Below, in pieces: positions 12,680 through 25,090 of a stretch of DNA of 64,000 nucleotides. Positions within the stretch are counted from its first letter, which is position 1. Each line of letters begins with the position of its first letter. The DNA is taken from assembly GCF_963921235.1 (NCBI RefSeq), contig NC_086097.1, positions 140,184,001 through 140,248,000 of the forward strand. The letters are read 5' to 3'. The position numbers were made by a program, and so were the translations under genes. The notes under the pieces were generated by a model that saw only the letters and a program-made list of their open reading frames with translations, made no database searches and was not told where the DNA came from. This DNA is from Mobula hypostoma (taxonomy: Eukaryota).

Positions 12680-13245
12680 ACAGAGTTATAGAATACTACA
12701 GCATAGAAACTGTCCCTTCTGCTCATCTAGTCCAAGCCGAACTATTAATCTGCCTTCTCCCATCGATCTGCCCCTGGATTGTAGCCCTCCCCATCCATGT
12801 ACCTATCCAAATTTCTCTTAAATATTGAAATCGAACCTGAAACCCCCACTTCCACAGGCAGCTTGTTCCACACTCTCACCACCTTCTGAGTGAAGAAGTT
12901 CCCCCTTTTTTCTCTGCACTCTTTCAATCTTGATATCTTTCCTGTGACCAGAACTGCACACAGTACTCAAAATTAGGCCTCACCAATATCTTATACCATA
13001 CAGCTTCAACATAACATCCCAACTCCTGCCCAATACTTTGATTTATGAAGTTCAATGTGCCAAAAACTCTCTTTATGACCTTATCTATTTACTGTATAAC
13101 ACCACTTGCAAGGAATTATGGACCTATATTCCCAGGACCCTCTGTTCTACCACACTCCTCAGTGCCCTACTGTTCACCATGTAATTCCTACCCTGGTTTG
13201 CCCTCCCAAAGTGTAACACCTCACACTTGTCTCCATTAAATCCCA
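12680..13245 (-). mobile_element. CR1 LINE 3' fragment
   Basis: Minus ORF RGNFFTQKVVRVWNKLPVEV...FKRNLDRYM and CR1 tail. Confidence 0.85.
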
Positions 13246-14627
13246 TGAAGATGAAGGACACTGCCCAATGCCATCAGCTTAAACCGTGCACCCTTTAATT
13301 GGATGTGGTGGGTGCCAAAATGAAAAGAAGACCAGCATATCTACAACACCTTTCAAATCTTACTCAGAATGTCCTAAAGTTAGTGAGATACTTCTGAAGT
13401 GCTGTCACTGTAGTACAGTAGGAAACACAGCAATTAGTTTTATACAATAAACTCTCAAAATCACAATATCAAAGTTCAAAGTACATTTAGTATTTTGTGG
13501 ACCTATTCTGTTTCTTACTGTCCACTGTTTAAATTGACACGTCTGAGAAATATGCTTATTTTATGTTGCTTGATAATTTCACACACCCACTTCAATAACT
13601 ATCTCTACCTTCAGTCCCACTAGCAAACCTGCTCCGTTACACAGTGCAGAGAGGAAGAGAGTTTCTCAGCACTGATTTGATTGCAAAAAATCTCATGAAA
13701 TCAGGACAAATAAAACAGAGGACAGCTCCCGTTGACTGTCCCCTATAACTCTCTCTTGGTTGGTGAATTTGTGCTGCTTCACATTGAACATGATTTGGAA
13801 GATAAGGATCAGAATTAACTCAGAGTGGGGGTATTCAGTATCTTTTACCAGTGATATTGAGAGACTACATGGTCAGCAGCACCACACTGACCAACTACCC
13901 AATTCAGAAGACTGAGTCTGGAGCAGCTGGAGAATGAACCAACACTGGCTTCCTTTTCCCAACCCACCCATTAATTAGATAAGCATTTGAACATGCATTA
14001 TCACAGTTCTTCAGTGCACTCTACAAAACCCTAAAGGTATTTCATCCTGCTTCTCAGAAGATTATGGGTTCAATCCACAATGTGAAATTAGGTCAACGCC
14101 TGCCAAGCATTTAGAGAGAGTCGTATTGAATAGGTACACATGAGGTGTTAAATGGAATCCTGATTCCCACAGTTGCTTTACAACAGAAATATCATTACAT
14201 TCAAATCTGCAGCACATGATCTGTTTAAAGACAAACAGCTCTGGGTCCTGAAGTTCTCCATTGTCTTTCCATTCACCTATATTGCAGAAGAACAGAGCAC
14301 TTGGAGATTCTCAAAGGAAAGATCTAAAAGGCCAATTCCCCTAAGGACCCCAACAAACTCCTGCTTGGAGAATGGTGAGAGGCATGTTAGGCTGAAACAA
14401 TTTGAGGCAAAGTTTATGTAACAGGTCCCTGGTTATGACTGCACATACTCTGGTATTTCTGCAGTGAGTTTATCATCAAGTTACTTCAGGTGTTTCTGTT
14501 ATTTTGCTCATGACATCCCTGATTTCCTGGGGGTATTCCCACAGACACTGCAACAGCACAGTAGCTCCTGAACACAACTCCCAAGTAGCCTCTGCTGAAC
14601 CACTTAAAACCAGTAAAGAGACACAGA

Positions 14628-14830
14628 GGGACGCTATTACAGCTCAGGGTTCAGGAGTTCTGAGTTCAATTCTGGCACCATTCTGTAAGGAGTCTCTGTA
14701 TGCTCTCTCCGGGGAATGCGTGGGCCTTCACCAGGTCCTCCTGGTTTCCTCCCACAATCCAAAGATGTGCCAGGTTGGTTAATTGGTCATTGTAAATTGT
14801 CCTGTGATTAGGCTAGGGTTAATAGGGTTG
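14628..14830 (+). mobile_element. V-SINE/HE1-like tRNA-derived SINE
   Basis: B-box-like GAGTTCAATTC, then V-domain GCGTGGG...CTGGTTTCCTCCCACAATCCAAAGATGTGC...TAATTGGTCATTGTAAATTG. Confidence 0.8.
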
Positions 14831-15164
14831 TCTAGGAGTTAAAGGGACATCCTATTAGGATGGAATAGCAACCTTGATCAAGACAGTCTGACTTTAAGCT
14901 GTTGCCTCTGAGTCAAATCATGTATGTAGCTGCCTCCACAACTTAATTTCAAATATGTTTTTTTGTGATTTTATTTCCTATTACTAGCACCTGCAGCCCC
15001 CCTTTTTCTTACTTTACTTTTGTAAATGTAAATGTTACTTTTAGCTTTAAAACTTGGCACGTTGTTCACAATAATCATATTGGCGGAATTCTGAGGAAGC
15101 ATTCTTGCCAATCCAAATGGCTTTTCTTTTATTTAAAAAAAGGCATCTTCACTTAAATACTTAC

Positions 15165-15381
15165 ATAACTTTGGAAATCTCAGAATCACCTTTCAGTTGT
15201 TGCCAAAGTCTTGCCATCGTTAGTTCAAATTTCAGTGAAATAAGTTGTCCTGGAGGCAAGCAGCTGCCTTCTTTACCTTGTCCCCTGAGTGCACTATCAC
15301 ACACTGCACCATTAAAGGCTGTACTTTGGTCAAAGGAATCTCCTGCACTGGAATGAAATACTATTGCTGCAGAGCACCAGG
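15165..15381 (-). other. Candidate exon of an unidentified transcript (217 bp)
   Basis: Acceptor CATTTGTCTTCTGTCAG|, donor |GTAAGT, one open frame (WCSAAIVF...DSEISKV). No homology recognised. Confidence 0.2.
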
Positions 15382-16149
15382 CTGACAGAAGACAAATGAG
15401 CAGGTGTATACAGCAAAACTGCATGTCTGTCTGTACTGTATATTCAAAAAAAATCTTCTGAACCCTTCCTGCCTGCTAGAAAGTAATAGGGCACTTACTT
15501 GTATCTGTAACAAACTTCATTTGATCTTTTTAAGGGAAGCCTTGGGCTTCGATTACATTTTAGGTTACTTAATAAAAAAACTTTAATTTACATTGCACCT
15601 CTGCAGTATATTATGTTAGCGGATCCTTCTCCTCATGCAGACTCATTGTAATTTACTTCATGCAGCAGCCAAATAAACAGCAGTAAACAAATGGTCGGGG
15701 GAGGAACGATGAGTCTTTGCCTATTGGAGCCCACTTAAAAAAAGTAAGAGAGAAAATCGGACAGATTGTAATCCTATCATTTGGATTTCAGTCACATCTT
15801 CAGCATTACTGTTATTGTCCAGACTCCTAGTTCCTATTCAGGCTGAGAGCAGACATATTCTGGGCACTATCCATGGAGATAATTCTGGAGTGATGCACTG
15901 GATCATGCGGGTGTTCAAACCAAAATCTGTCCTCCTTTTATACTTTTTCTAGGGACAAGTTGCTTCCACTCCAGTCCTATAGGCTCTGATGTGACTTACG
16001 AGGCTGATATGGCAACTGCATTCTAGGTTGTGGAATAGGAAGGGGATGGGGAGAGGCTTGTGACAGTGGTAATTATCAAATGCTGTGTTCCTTCCATTGC
16101 ATTTGCAGGGTTTCTGTGTGACCCTGTCAAAGGAGTTCAAACCATCACT

Positions 16150-16990
16150 GCCACACTGGGAAGATACGAGCCAGAGGTTGCCAAATGTTGCTGGCAATGT
16201 CAAGTGTTTTTCAAGAGTGCTTTGAAAATATCATTGAACTACTTCCCCTGTCCACCTACTGATCACATTCTGCTACAGCTGTTTCAGAAGTCTTTATTTG
16301 GGTACGTGAGCAACATGGCCTGCTGAACAGACCATTACTGCTGGGGATATCGGCCTGAGAGAAGGTGCCGACCTTCGAATGAAGATGGTGTTGGAAGTGC
16401 CTTGAGCTGTCTGTTGTAGGTGGTCCAATAATAGAAGCAGATAGGTGACTGAGGACAACTGATAGATGGTGAATCGAGGACATTGAGTATCCTAATAAAG
16501 GGTCCTAGCTTGAAACGTTGACTCTCCATAGATACTGCCTGACCTGCTGAGTTCCGCCAGTACTTTGTGTGTTGCACTGATGACTTCTGTGCTTGATTTG
16601 AAGAAATGATTTTCAACCACTCCTATCTACCGTCGGGTAAAGAACCTGCTGAAAGCAGTGGTGAATTGCATCAAACAATGTCTGCCCTTGCTGAGAAGTA
16701 GCTCCCAGATGTGGGAAGTGTGTCATGTTTTCCAAGGTTTCACTATAAATCTTTATTGTCAGACAGAAGTGTTATACAACAGAAGGAAGTTGGTCAAGGA
16801 CATTGAATGCAAGGCCCATTCTTAAGGCAAGTATGCCTCAGTGCATGAGCTGATGAAAACTGGAGCTCAGTCTCAATTGTGCAAAGGCAAGTGCCCGAGT
16901 ACTACAGCCTGACCAGTGCCGCTATGATGATCAGTGTTCTGAAATCAAACGCAGTAGGTTGAACAGTTTTCCAGAAGTCCTGTGCAGGCG
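16150..16990 (-). mobile_element. Ancient RTE-clade LINE fragment, interrupted by a pLTR unit
   Basis: Minus-strand remnants in RTE order: HRTSGKLFNL, TLENMTHFPHLG, WTTYNRQLKAL, GGQGK*FNDIFKALLK. Confidence 0.65.
16488..16577 (+). mobile_element. Solo PLE pLTR 3' unit with degenerate hammerhead
   Basis: CCTAATAAAGGGTCCTAGCTTGAAACGTTGACT...ATAGATACTGCCTGACCTGCTGAGTTCCGCCAG. Confidence 0.75.
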
Positions 16991-17849
16991 CTTCAGTCTA
17001 AATGGAAATTTGTTGGAAGTGAGGTACAGGATTGAGGCAAGAAAGATTGGGGGGAATAAAGTACTTTGCTGCAATGACACAGCCTTACTTCAATTCAGTC
17101 TGCACAAACACAGGCTCTTGTAGATTCACTAGATTATGGCTTGATTTCATTATGAAGCAAATTTATTTACAGAGCTGCAGGCAGCAGAGCATAACTTCTG
17201 GGTGATGGAGTCAGTCTTTAATGAGAGTGAACAAGGCCACATATTGGGATTAGTGCTACTCCTCACATTCCTCTTGGAGTTGTTCTGCTAGGTTCAGATC
17301 TACTCTTCCAGTAGCTGGACGGATTTAGGGAGCACCACAATACAGTTCCAGAGGCCCAGGTGAGGGTTATCACTGTGCCAGAGAGCAGGGAGACCACATA
17401 TATATTTATCACAATCAGATACTGTATATCTCTTTTCCTGAAGATGGCCACAGATGTGGCACCTCTGAGATCCTACACGACCTCTTTGTACCAGGTGTGA
17501 AAGAAAGGTTCTGGCTTTTCACAGCCAAGTTTGACATCCTCAGCTTGTTCTCATAACAGCTACTGATGACAATAGAACTGATAGTTATCCATTTCCACCT
17601 TAACTGTATTTGATGACCTGGTCTCCACCACACTTGGGGGCAGAGAATTCCATAAATTTACCATCATTTCGCCTTTAAATGATTGACCCCCTATATTACA
17701 ACTAGATCCTCTTGTTCGAGATTTTCCTACTAGTGAAAATATCTCAGTATCTACCCTGTCAAGTTTCCTTAAATTCTTATGTTCGAGTCACTGCCCAGTG
17801 TACTTGTACTGTCATCTAACACATTAATGATTGAAAGTCCAGAAGCTAA

Positions 17850-18155
17850 AGCCTGATGGCCGAAGTCAGGAGAACGGAGGCCTGTCCTGAAGCTGCAGTA
17901 CTGTCGGTGTGTTTTTGGGCTGATGGGAGAAAGGTTGGGAGGAAGAAGGGGGACTGGTTTTGCTGATGTTGATTTGTTGCTTGCTGTGTTCTATGTTGTT
18001 CTGTCAAGCATTGTGGGAATGCTATGTAGGCGCCAGAATGTGTAGCGAAGCTTGTGGGGTGTTCCCAGCACATCCTTGGGTATTTTGGTTGTTAATACAA
18101 ACAACACATTCTACTGTATGTTTTGATGTACACGTGGCAAAGAAATCTGAATTTG
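17850..18155 (+). mobile_element. Probable non-autonomous SINE-like element with a Rex1-type 3' tail
   Basis: Ends in ACTGTATGTTTTGATGTACACGTGGCAAAGAAATCTGAATTTGAA, resembling Rex1-type tails. No coding remnant seen. Confidence 0.45.
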
Positions 18156-19380
18156 AAATTATGCCAGCTTCATTACAATGAGGGAGGCCATCTGTGTCTA
18201 GTGTCACTACAGTGGGAGAAGAGTTAAAGTCTTGTATAAAGCAATTGTTCCTTATTTCAATAACATGATTGCACCACTCTGTCAAACTCTCTAACTAGTT
18301 AATGTAATTCTACCTGGTCTAACAGACCTTCCCTTACACACCAAACTGAAGCCAACATTTTCTCACTTCCAAAAAAAGACTACTGTTTTATCTAAGAGCT
18401 GTTGGCTATGAAGTGTACAATTGATTGGAACAAGTAATCTGTTGTCCCTGATAATGAGGATAATTGATTGAAGCGGAAGGAGACATGATGCTACAAGATG
18501 TCAGCCCCATGTCAATGACTCATTATCTTTAGCAAGAAAGTGTGTGTCCTATCCAAACATCATGCTTTAATCATTCAGCCAACGGGACACTACGCTGACC
18601 AGGCTGTGGAAGGATGCCTTGTAAAAAGAAACAGATGCACACTTTAAGATTAATAATAGACACAACCCTCACTGTGTTGTTTAATATGTTGAACTGAAAG
18701 CCTTCATATGAAGGAGAACTACCAACAAATAGTTCTAAAGTAATAGAAAAGTATGATACCAAATAAGATCATTCACTATCTGGTGGTTAACTAGTCTTTA
18801 AGTAACAGTGATCAAGATTTTGAGAATTTTCATATAAAGACTGAAAACATTTAAGTTGAAACCAGAATATTAAATCTTAATAAGAAAATTGTGAAAGGAT
18901 AAGGCATAAATTGGTAGATAGGGAAAACATATTAAAGGTTATGATGGTAAACTGGCAATGGCAAACATTTAAAGGATGTATGTGGTTTACGAGTAATATT
19001 CCCTTAAGGTAAACGGAGTGGACAAACAGTGGCTATCATGAGTTGTTGTAGGTAGCACAAGATCAACGAGAAAGGCCAAAAAAGCACTGGGAAGTAGTCA
19101 GAATTTAGTAAAGAAGGCAGGAAGAGGAGAGTGGAATACAAGGATTGGTAATTGAGGGAAAAAAAGATATGTTGCAATAGTTTCTAAAGGAAAAGATTCA
19201 CAAACCACAGAAGTTTTGAAGGAGGTAGTTGTGAGAATATAAATGTACTGGTTGTCAAAACTGCAAAATCCCATAGGATCCACAACGATTCTCTCAGGAA
19301 TGTTCCAAACATACGCTCACCATGAGGGAGAGAGAGAAGGGAGGGAAGTACAGACCAGATCTGCTCCACAATCTCCCTCA

Positions 19381-20105
19381 GCACAGGTGCACCACAAGAC
19401 TGTGCGCTTACCCCACTACTCTGCTTACTTTATTCTTATGACTGGGCGGCTAAGTACAGCTCCCCTGCTATATTTTAAGTTTGCTGATGACTCCTCTGTC
19501 ATTGGCCAAATCAAAGTTGGTGACGAATCAGCATATAGAAGAGAGGTTGAAAATCTGGCTGAGTGGTGCCACAACAACAACCAATACTAGCAATTTCTGG
19601 AGAAACCTCCAAAAATGTAGTAGATATGGCCCAGTCCATCATGGGTAAAGGCCTTCCCACCACTGAGCACATTTACATGGAGTACTGTTGCAGGAAAACA
19701 CCATCCGTCATCAAAGACCCTATCAGTCAGGCCATGCTCTCTTCTCGCTGCTGACATCAAAAAGGTACAGGAGCCTCAGGACCCATAGGACCCACACCAC
19801 CAGATTCAGAAACAGTTATTACCCATCAACCATAAGGCTCTTGAACCAGAAGGGATAACTTCACTCGCCCCATTACTGAACTGTTCCCACAACCTACGGA
19901 CTTACTTTCAAGGACACATTTCATATTCTCAATATTCATTGCTTATTTATTTATTATTATTTAAATTTTTACTCTTTCTCTTTATATTTGCACAGTCTAT
20001 TGTTTGTTTTGCACATTGCTTGTTACCTGTTCTATTGGGGGTGGGGGTCTTCCATTGATTCTATTGTGTTTCTTGTAGTTACTATAAATGCCTGCAAAAA
20101 ATGTT
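19381..20105 (+). mobile_element. Rex1/Babar LINE 3' fragment with internal deletion
   Basis: FKFADDSSVIGQIKVGDESAYRREVENLAEWCHNN, then LPTTEHIY...IKDP and the 3' UTR. Confidence 0.85.
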
Positions 20106-20129
20106 TAAGAAGGCAGACAAATAATAATC

Positions 20130-20830
20130 ATGCATTTATAAAAAGGGAAATCATGTTTGACAAATCTGTCAAAACTTTTTGAAACTGTAAATAACAGAAA
20201 AGATACTGGCAAAGCAGTTGAGAGGTGGAATTTCAGAATGCTTTTGATAAGGTGTCAATTATTAAATGAAGTTATAGCATGTGGTATTGAACATATTACA
20301 CTGGACTTGAATGAGAATTGGTGAATGGAGGAAAATGATGAATAGGAATGAATGGCCCTTTTCAAGTTGGGAGACCGTGACCAGTGGAAATCACTGCTGG
20401 GGCCTCAACTGTTCACAACCCAATAGTTTGACTGAGAAGATTAAGTATAATATATCCAAGTTTGTAGACATTTACAAACTTAGTTAGCAATGTGGCTACA
20501 GTGAATATAGATCATTTTAGTGGGTGAAGAGAGGCTAGATGAATGAGCAAAGAAATATGAAATATGACATGGAGAAATGACAGGACATCCGCTCTGGCAG
20601 AGAAAAAAATACAGAACAGGTGATATAATTTTTTAAATGCTGAGAAGAGAAAGGAATTGTCTTTCAGTTGGATATGGATAGCCCTGAAAGTTCGTATCCA
20701 AGTTCAGCAAATAATTGCAAAAGATTTTGACCACAAAAATAGAAATGTCTTACACCAAACATATACAGGCAAGTTGAGAACCTCTGTGAAATTGTGTTCA
20801 TGGGTCTGGGCCCCTGAACTAGAACTTTTA
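20130..20830 (+). mobile_element. Old CR1 RT fragment
   Basis: KGKSCLTNL-like and FQNAFDKV remnants, SKF.D motif. Confidence 0.65.
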
Positions 20831-21558
20831 GTAAAGGAGTGGAGAGAGTTTAGTGAAGGTTCAGTAGATTATAATACAGCTAAAATTAGTGGGAAGGTAG
20901 AGGATTGGGAAGCTTTAAAAATTAACAGATGGCAACTAAAAAGCCATAAACATGGAGGTAAACTAGCCAATAATATAAAAAGGACACAGAAAGTAGTTCA
21001 GATACACAAGGAATAAAAGAGAGATGAAAGTTGATACCGGACCACTGAGAAATGACACTGCAGGTAGTAATGTGGGAGAAAGAAATAGCTAAAGAACTTA
21101 AGAGTATTTTGCATCTTTCTTCACTGTGGAAGATTCTAGAAAAATGCCAAAATGCAACAGTGTCGGGGCAGAAGTGAATGCTGTTGCTATTACTAAGGAT
21201 AAGGTGCTTGGAAAGCTGAAAAGTCTGAAGGTAGATAAGCCACCTGGACTACACCCTAGGGTTCTGAAGAAGGTAGCTGAAGAGATGCTGGAGGCATTAG
21301 TAATGATATTTCAAGAATCGCTAGATTCTGGATGGTTCCTGAGGACTGAAAAATTACAAATGTCACTCCACTCTTCAAGAAGGAAGGGAGACAGAAGAAA
21401 GGAAATCATAGGTCAGTTTGCCTGATTTCAGTGGTTGGAAAGATGATGGAGTCTTTTATTAAGGATGGGGTTCCAGAGTACTTGGAGGCACATGAAAAAT
21501 AGGCCAAACTCAGCATGGTTTTCTAAAGGGAAATCTTGCTTGACAAACCTATTTGAAT

Positions 21559-21803
21559 CAACATGCACAACACGCTGGAGGAACTCAGCAGGTCGGGCAG
21601 CAGCTGTGGAAACGAACAGTCTACGTTTCAGACCGAGATCCTTCGTCAGGACTGAAGAGGGAGGGGGCAGGGGCCCTATAAAGAAGGTGGGGGGAGGGTG
21701 GGAAGGAGAAGGCTGGTAGGTGTCAGGTGAAAAATCAGTAAGGGGAAAGATCAAGGGGTGGGGGAGGGGAAGCAGGGAAGGGATAGGCAGGAAAGGTGAA
21801 GAA
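21559..21803 (-). mobile_element. Solo PLE pLTR inserted into CR1
   Basis: pLTR sequence splits the CR1 reading TNLFE|(C)FEEI. GAAT lies on both sides (21555-21558, 21804-21807). Confidence 0.88.
21617..21654 (-). ncRNA. Minimal type I hammerhead ribozyme, best-preserved copy
   Basis: Minus strand reads CAGTC CTGACGA AGGATCTCGGTCT GAAAC GTA^GACTG: perfect 5 bp stem I, full catalytic core, palindromic ACGT helix III and GUA triplet. Predicted cut between 21622 and 21621. Confidence 0.82.
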
Positions 21804-22195
21804 GAATGCTTTGAGGAAATATCAGACAGGATAGACAAAGGAGAGTCAGTGTATTTTGTTTATTTGGATATTAAGTAGGCCTTTGACAAGGTGCTACACA
21901 TGAGGATGCTTAACAAAATAAGAGCCCGTGGTATTATGAGAAAGGCACCACAAAGGATAGAAGATTGGCTGATTGGCAGGAGGCAAAGAATGGGAATAAA
22001 GGTGGTATCTTCTGGTTGACAGCTGGTGACTAGTGGTGTGCCACTGGGGTTGGTACTGGAACTATTTCTTTTCACATTGCATGCTAATGATTTGGATGAA
22101 GGAATTGATAACTTTGTGGCCAAGTTGGCAGATAATACAGAGAAAGGTGGAAGGGCAGGTAGTGTTGAGGGAGCAGGGTGTCTGCAGAAGGACTT

Positions 22196-22638
22196 CAAGT
22201 CAAGTCAAGTTACTTTCTATTGTCATTTCGACCATAACTGCTGGTACAGTACACAGTAAAAATGAGACAACGTTTTTCAGGACCATGGTGCTACATGAAC
22301 AATACAAAAACTACTCTGAACTATGTAAAACAACACAACTACACTAGACTACAGACCTACCCAGGACTGCATAAAATGCACAAAACAGTGCAGGCTTTAC
22401 AATAAATAATAAACAAGACAATATGTACAGTAGAGGGCAGTAGGTTGGTGTCAGTCCAGGTTCTGGGTATTGTGAAGTTTGATGGCTTGGGGGAAGAAAC
22501 TGTTACATAGTCTGGTCATGAGAGCCTGAATACTTCGGTGCCTTTTGCCAGATGGCAGGAGGGAGAAGAGTTTGTATGAGGGGTGCGCGGGGTCCTTCAT
22601 AATGCTGTTTGCTTTACGGATGCAGCGTGTGGTGTAAA
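22196..22638 (-). mobile_element. Rex1/Babar LINE 3' fragment nested in CR1
   Basis: IYTTRCIRKANSIMKDPAHPSYKLFSLLPSGKR...NSFFPQAI and an (ACTTG)3 tail at 22196-22210. Confidence 0.88.
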
Positions 22639-23709
22639 TTGAGGGACAAATTGAGGGAATGGGCAAAGAAGTGGCAGGTGGAATATAATGTATGGAAGTG
22701 CATGGCCATGCACTTTGGCAGCAAGAATAAAGAGGTAGACTACTTTGACATTAGGGAGAAAATTCAAAAATCAGAGGTGCAAAGGGACTTGGGAGTTGTC
22801 AAGCAGGATTCCCTAAAGGTTAACCTGCAGGTTGAGTTGGTGGTAAGGAAAGCAAATGCAATTTTTACCATTCATTTCGAGAGGACTAGAATACAAAAGC
22901 AAGGATGTAATGCTGAGGCTTTACAGGGCATTGGTCAGACTGCACTTGGAGTATTGAGAGCAGTTTTGGGCCCCTTATCTAAGAAATGATGTGCTAGCAT
23001 TGGAGAGGGTCCAGAGGAGGTTCACATAAATGATCTCAGCAATGAAAGATTTAACATACGAGGAGCGACTGATGGTCCTGGGCTACTACTCACTGGAGGT
23101 TAGAAGAATGAGGGTGGAGCTCACTGAAATCTATTGAATATTGAAAGGTCTTGATAGAGCCGATGTGGAGAGGATGTTTCCTATAGTGGGTGAGTCCAAA
23201 ACCAGGGGACACAGCCTTCGAACTGAGGGTCATCCATTTCAGAACACAGTGAGAAAAATTTCTTTAGCCAGATTTGGTGAAGTCATTTGGTATATTTAAG
23301 TTGGAGGTCGATACATTATTAATTAGGGCATCAAAGGTTACGGGGGGAAGGCAGGATATTGCAGTTGTGAGGGATAGTAAATCTGCCATAATAGAACTGC
23401 AGAGCAGACTTGATGGGCTGAATGGCCTAATTCTGCTTCTAGGTCTTATTAATTCTGAGTTTTGGGGTGGCAGTTGGAAAAGGGTTGTTGTGCAGTGGAT
23501 CAAATAGACTAGGCTTGTGTGCCCTACACTATAGATAAAATATGATTTCATACAAACATAGAATGGTTAAAGCTCGTAAGGAGGCCTTTACACCCATCAT
23601 GTCTGTGTCAGCTCTCTGTCATAAATTCCATCAACTGGCCCTTTCTTCATAGCCTTGCAAATATTTCTGTATTAGATAATTATCCAATTCCTACTTGAAG
23701 GAACTTGTC

Positions 23710-24225
23710 TTCAAAGTTCAAAATACATTTATTATCAAAGTATATATAAGTCACCTTATACTACCTTGAGATTCATTTTCTTGCAGGCATTCACAGTAGA
23801 ACAGAGAAATACAACAGAATCAATGAAAAACTACACACAAAGACTGAAAAAAACTGATGTGCAAAAGAAGACAAACTGGCAAATAAAATAAATAAACAAA
23901 CAATAAATAATACCGAGAATGTGAGTTGCAGGGTCCTTGAAAGTGAGTCCATAGATTGTTGAATCAGTTCAAAGTTGAGCTGAGTGAAATTGTCCATACT
24001 GGTTCAGAGGCCTGATGGTTGAAGGTTATTAATTGTTCCTGAACCTAGTGATGTTGGACCTAAGGCTCTCGCACCTCCTTTCTGATGGCAGCAGTAAGAG
24101 GACAACATGGCCTAAATTGTGTGTGTGGGCGGGGGCGGGGGTGGGGGTCCTTGATGATGGATGTTGCTTTGCTGTGGCAGTGTACCTTATAACGTTATAA
24201 ATGTGTTCAGTGGTGGGGAGGTTTT
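23710..24225 (-). mobile_element. Rex1/Babar LINE 3' fragment
   Basis: NLPTTEHIY...LLLPSERR...TRFRN and tail ...ATAATAAATGTATTTTGAACTTTGA. Confidence 0.85.
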
Positions 24226-24287
24226 GATCAGGTTGACAGGCTGTGCATTCCAAATGCACACTCTCTGTAAAAGAATTTCCCCCATGT

Positions 24288-24824
24288 GTCTCATAATCTG
24301 AGGAAAGACATCCTTGCCATAGAGGGAGTACAAAGAAGGTTCACCAGATTGATTCCTGGGATGGCAGGTCTTTCATATGAAGAAAGACTGGATGAACTGG
24401 GCTTGTACTCGTTGGAATTTAGAAGATTGAGGGGGGATCTGATTGAAACGTATAAGATCCTAAAGGGATTGGACAGGCTAGATGCGGGAAGATTGTTCCC
24501 GATGTTGGGGAGGTCTAGAACGAGGGGTCACAGTTTGAGGATAGAGGGGAAGCCTTTTAGGACCGAGGTTAGGAAAAACTTCTTCACACAGAGAGTGGTG
24601 AATCTGTGGAATTCTCTGCCACAGCAAACTGTTGAGGCCAGTTCATTAGCTATGTTTAAAAGGAAGTTAGATATGGCCCTTGTGGCTACAGGGGTCACGG
24701 GGTATGGAGGGAAGGCTGGGTTCTGAGTTGGATGATCAGCCATGATCATAATAAATGGCGGTGCAGGCTCGAAGGGCCGAATGGCCTACTCCTGCACCTA
24801 TTTTCTATGTTTCTATGTTTCTAT
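24288..24824 (+). mobile_element. Young CR1 LINE 3' fragment
   Basis: Uninterrupted LRKDILAIEGVQRRFTRLIPGMAGLSYEERL...NFFTQRVVNLWNSLP and a (TTCTATGT)n tail. Confidence 0.93.
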
Positions 24825-25090
24825 AACTCGCTTCCTCTTTGTTCTCTGGGTACTTGACCTGTCCCCCAACAGGGACAGCCTCCAAACTTCCTCTCTTGCT
24901 TTTATAGCCATCTATCAGATATTTGCTCTCTAAAAACCAAATAATCTATCCTTGTAATCAATGTACTTCATCCCATAAACCGTGTACTCTGATGCCCTCA
25001 GCCCTTCCTATAATGTGACACCAGAATTTGACACAACACTCTGGTTGAACAGTGTTTTATAAGTTCAGCATAACTTTCCCATTTTATAAT

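Larger units (their letters stand above)
20870..23450 (+). mobile_element. CR1 LINE, decayed ORF2 through 3' end, hosting two nested insertions
   Basis: LKVDKPPGLHPRVLK, GKSCLTNL, AFDKV, TSGVPLGLVL, AKLADNT, EWAKKWQVEYN and tail GATGGGCTGAATGGCCTAATTCTGCT. Confidence 0.9.
23550..25085 (-). mobile_element. Old CR1 3' fragment split by a Rex1 and a younger CR1
   Basis: Reverse CR1 tail at ~23555-23705. It resumes at ~24235-24285 and again at ~24825-25085. Confidence 0.55.
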
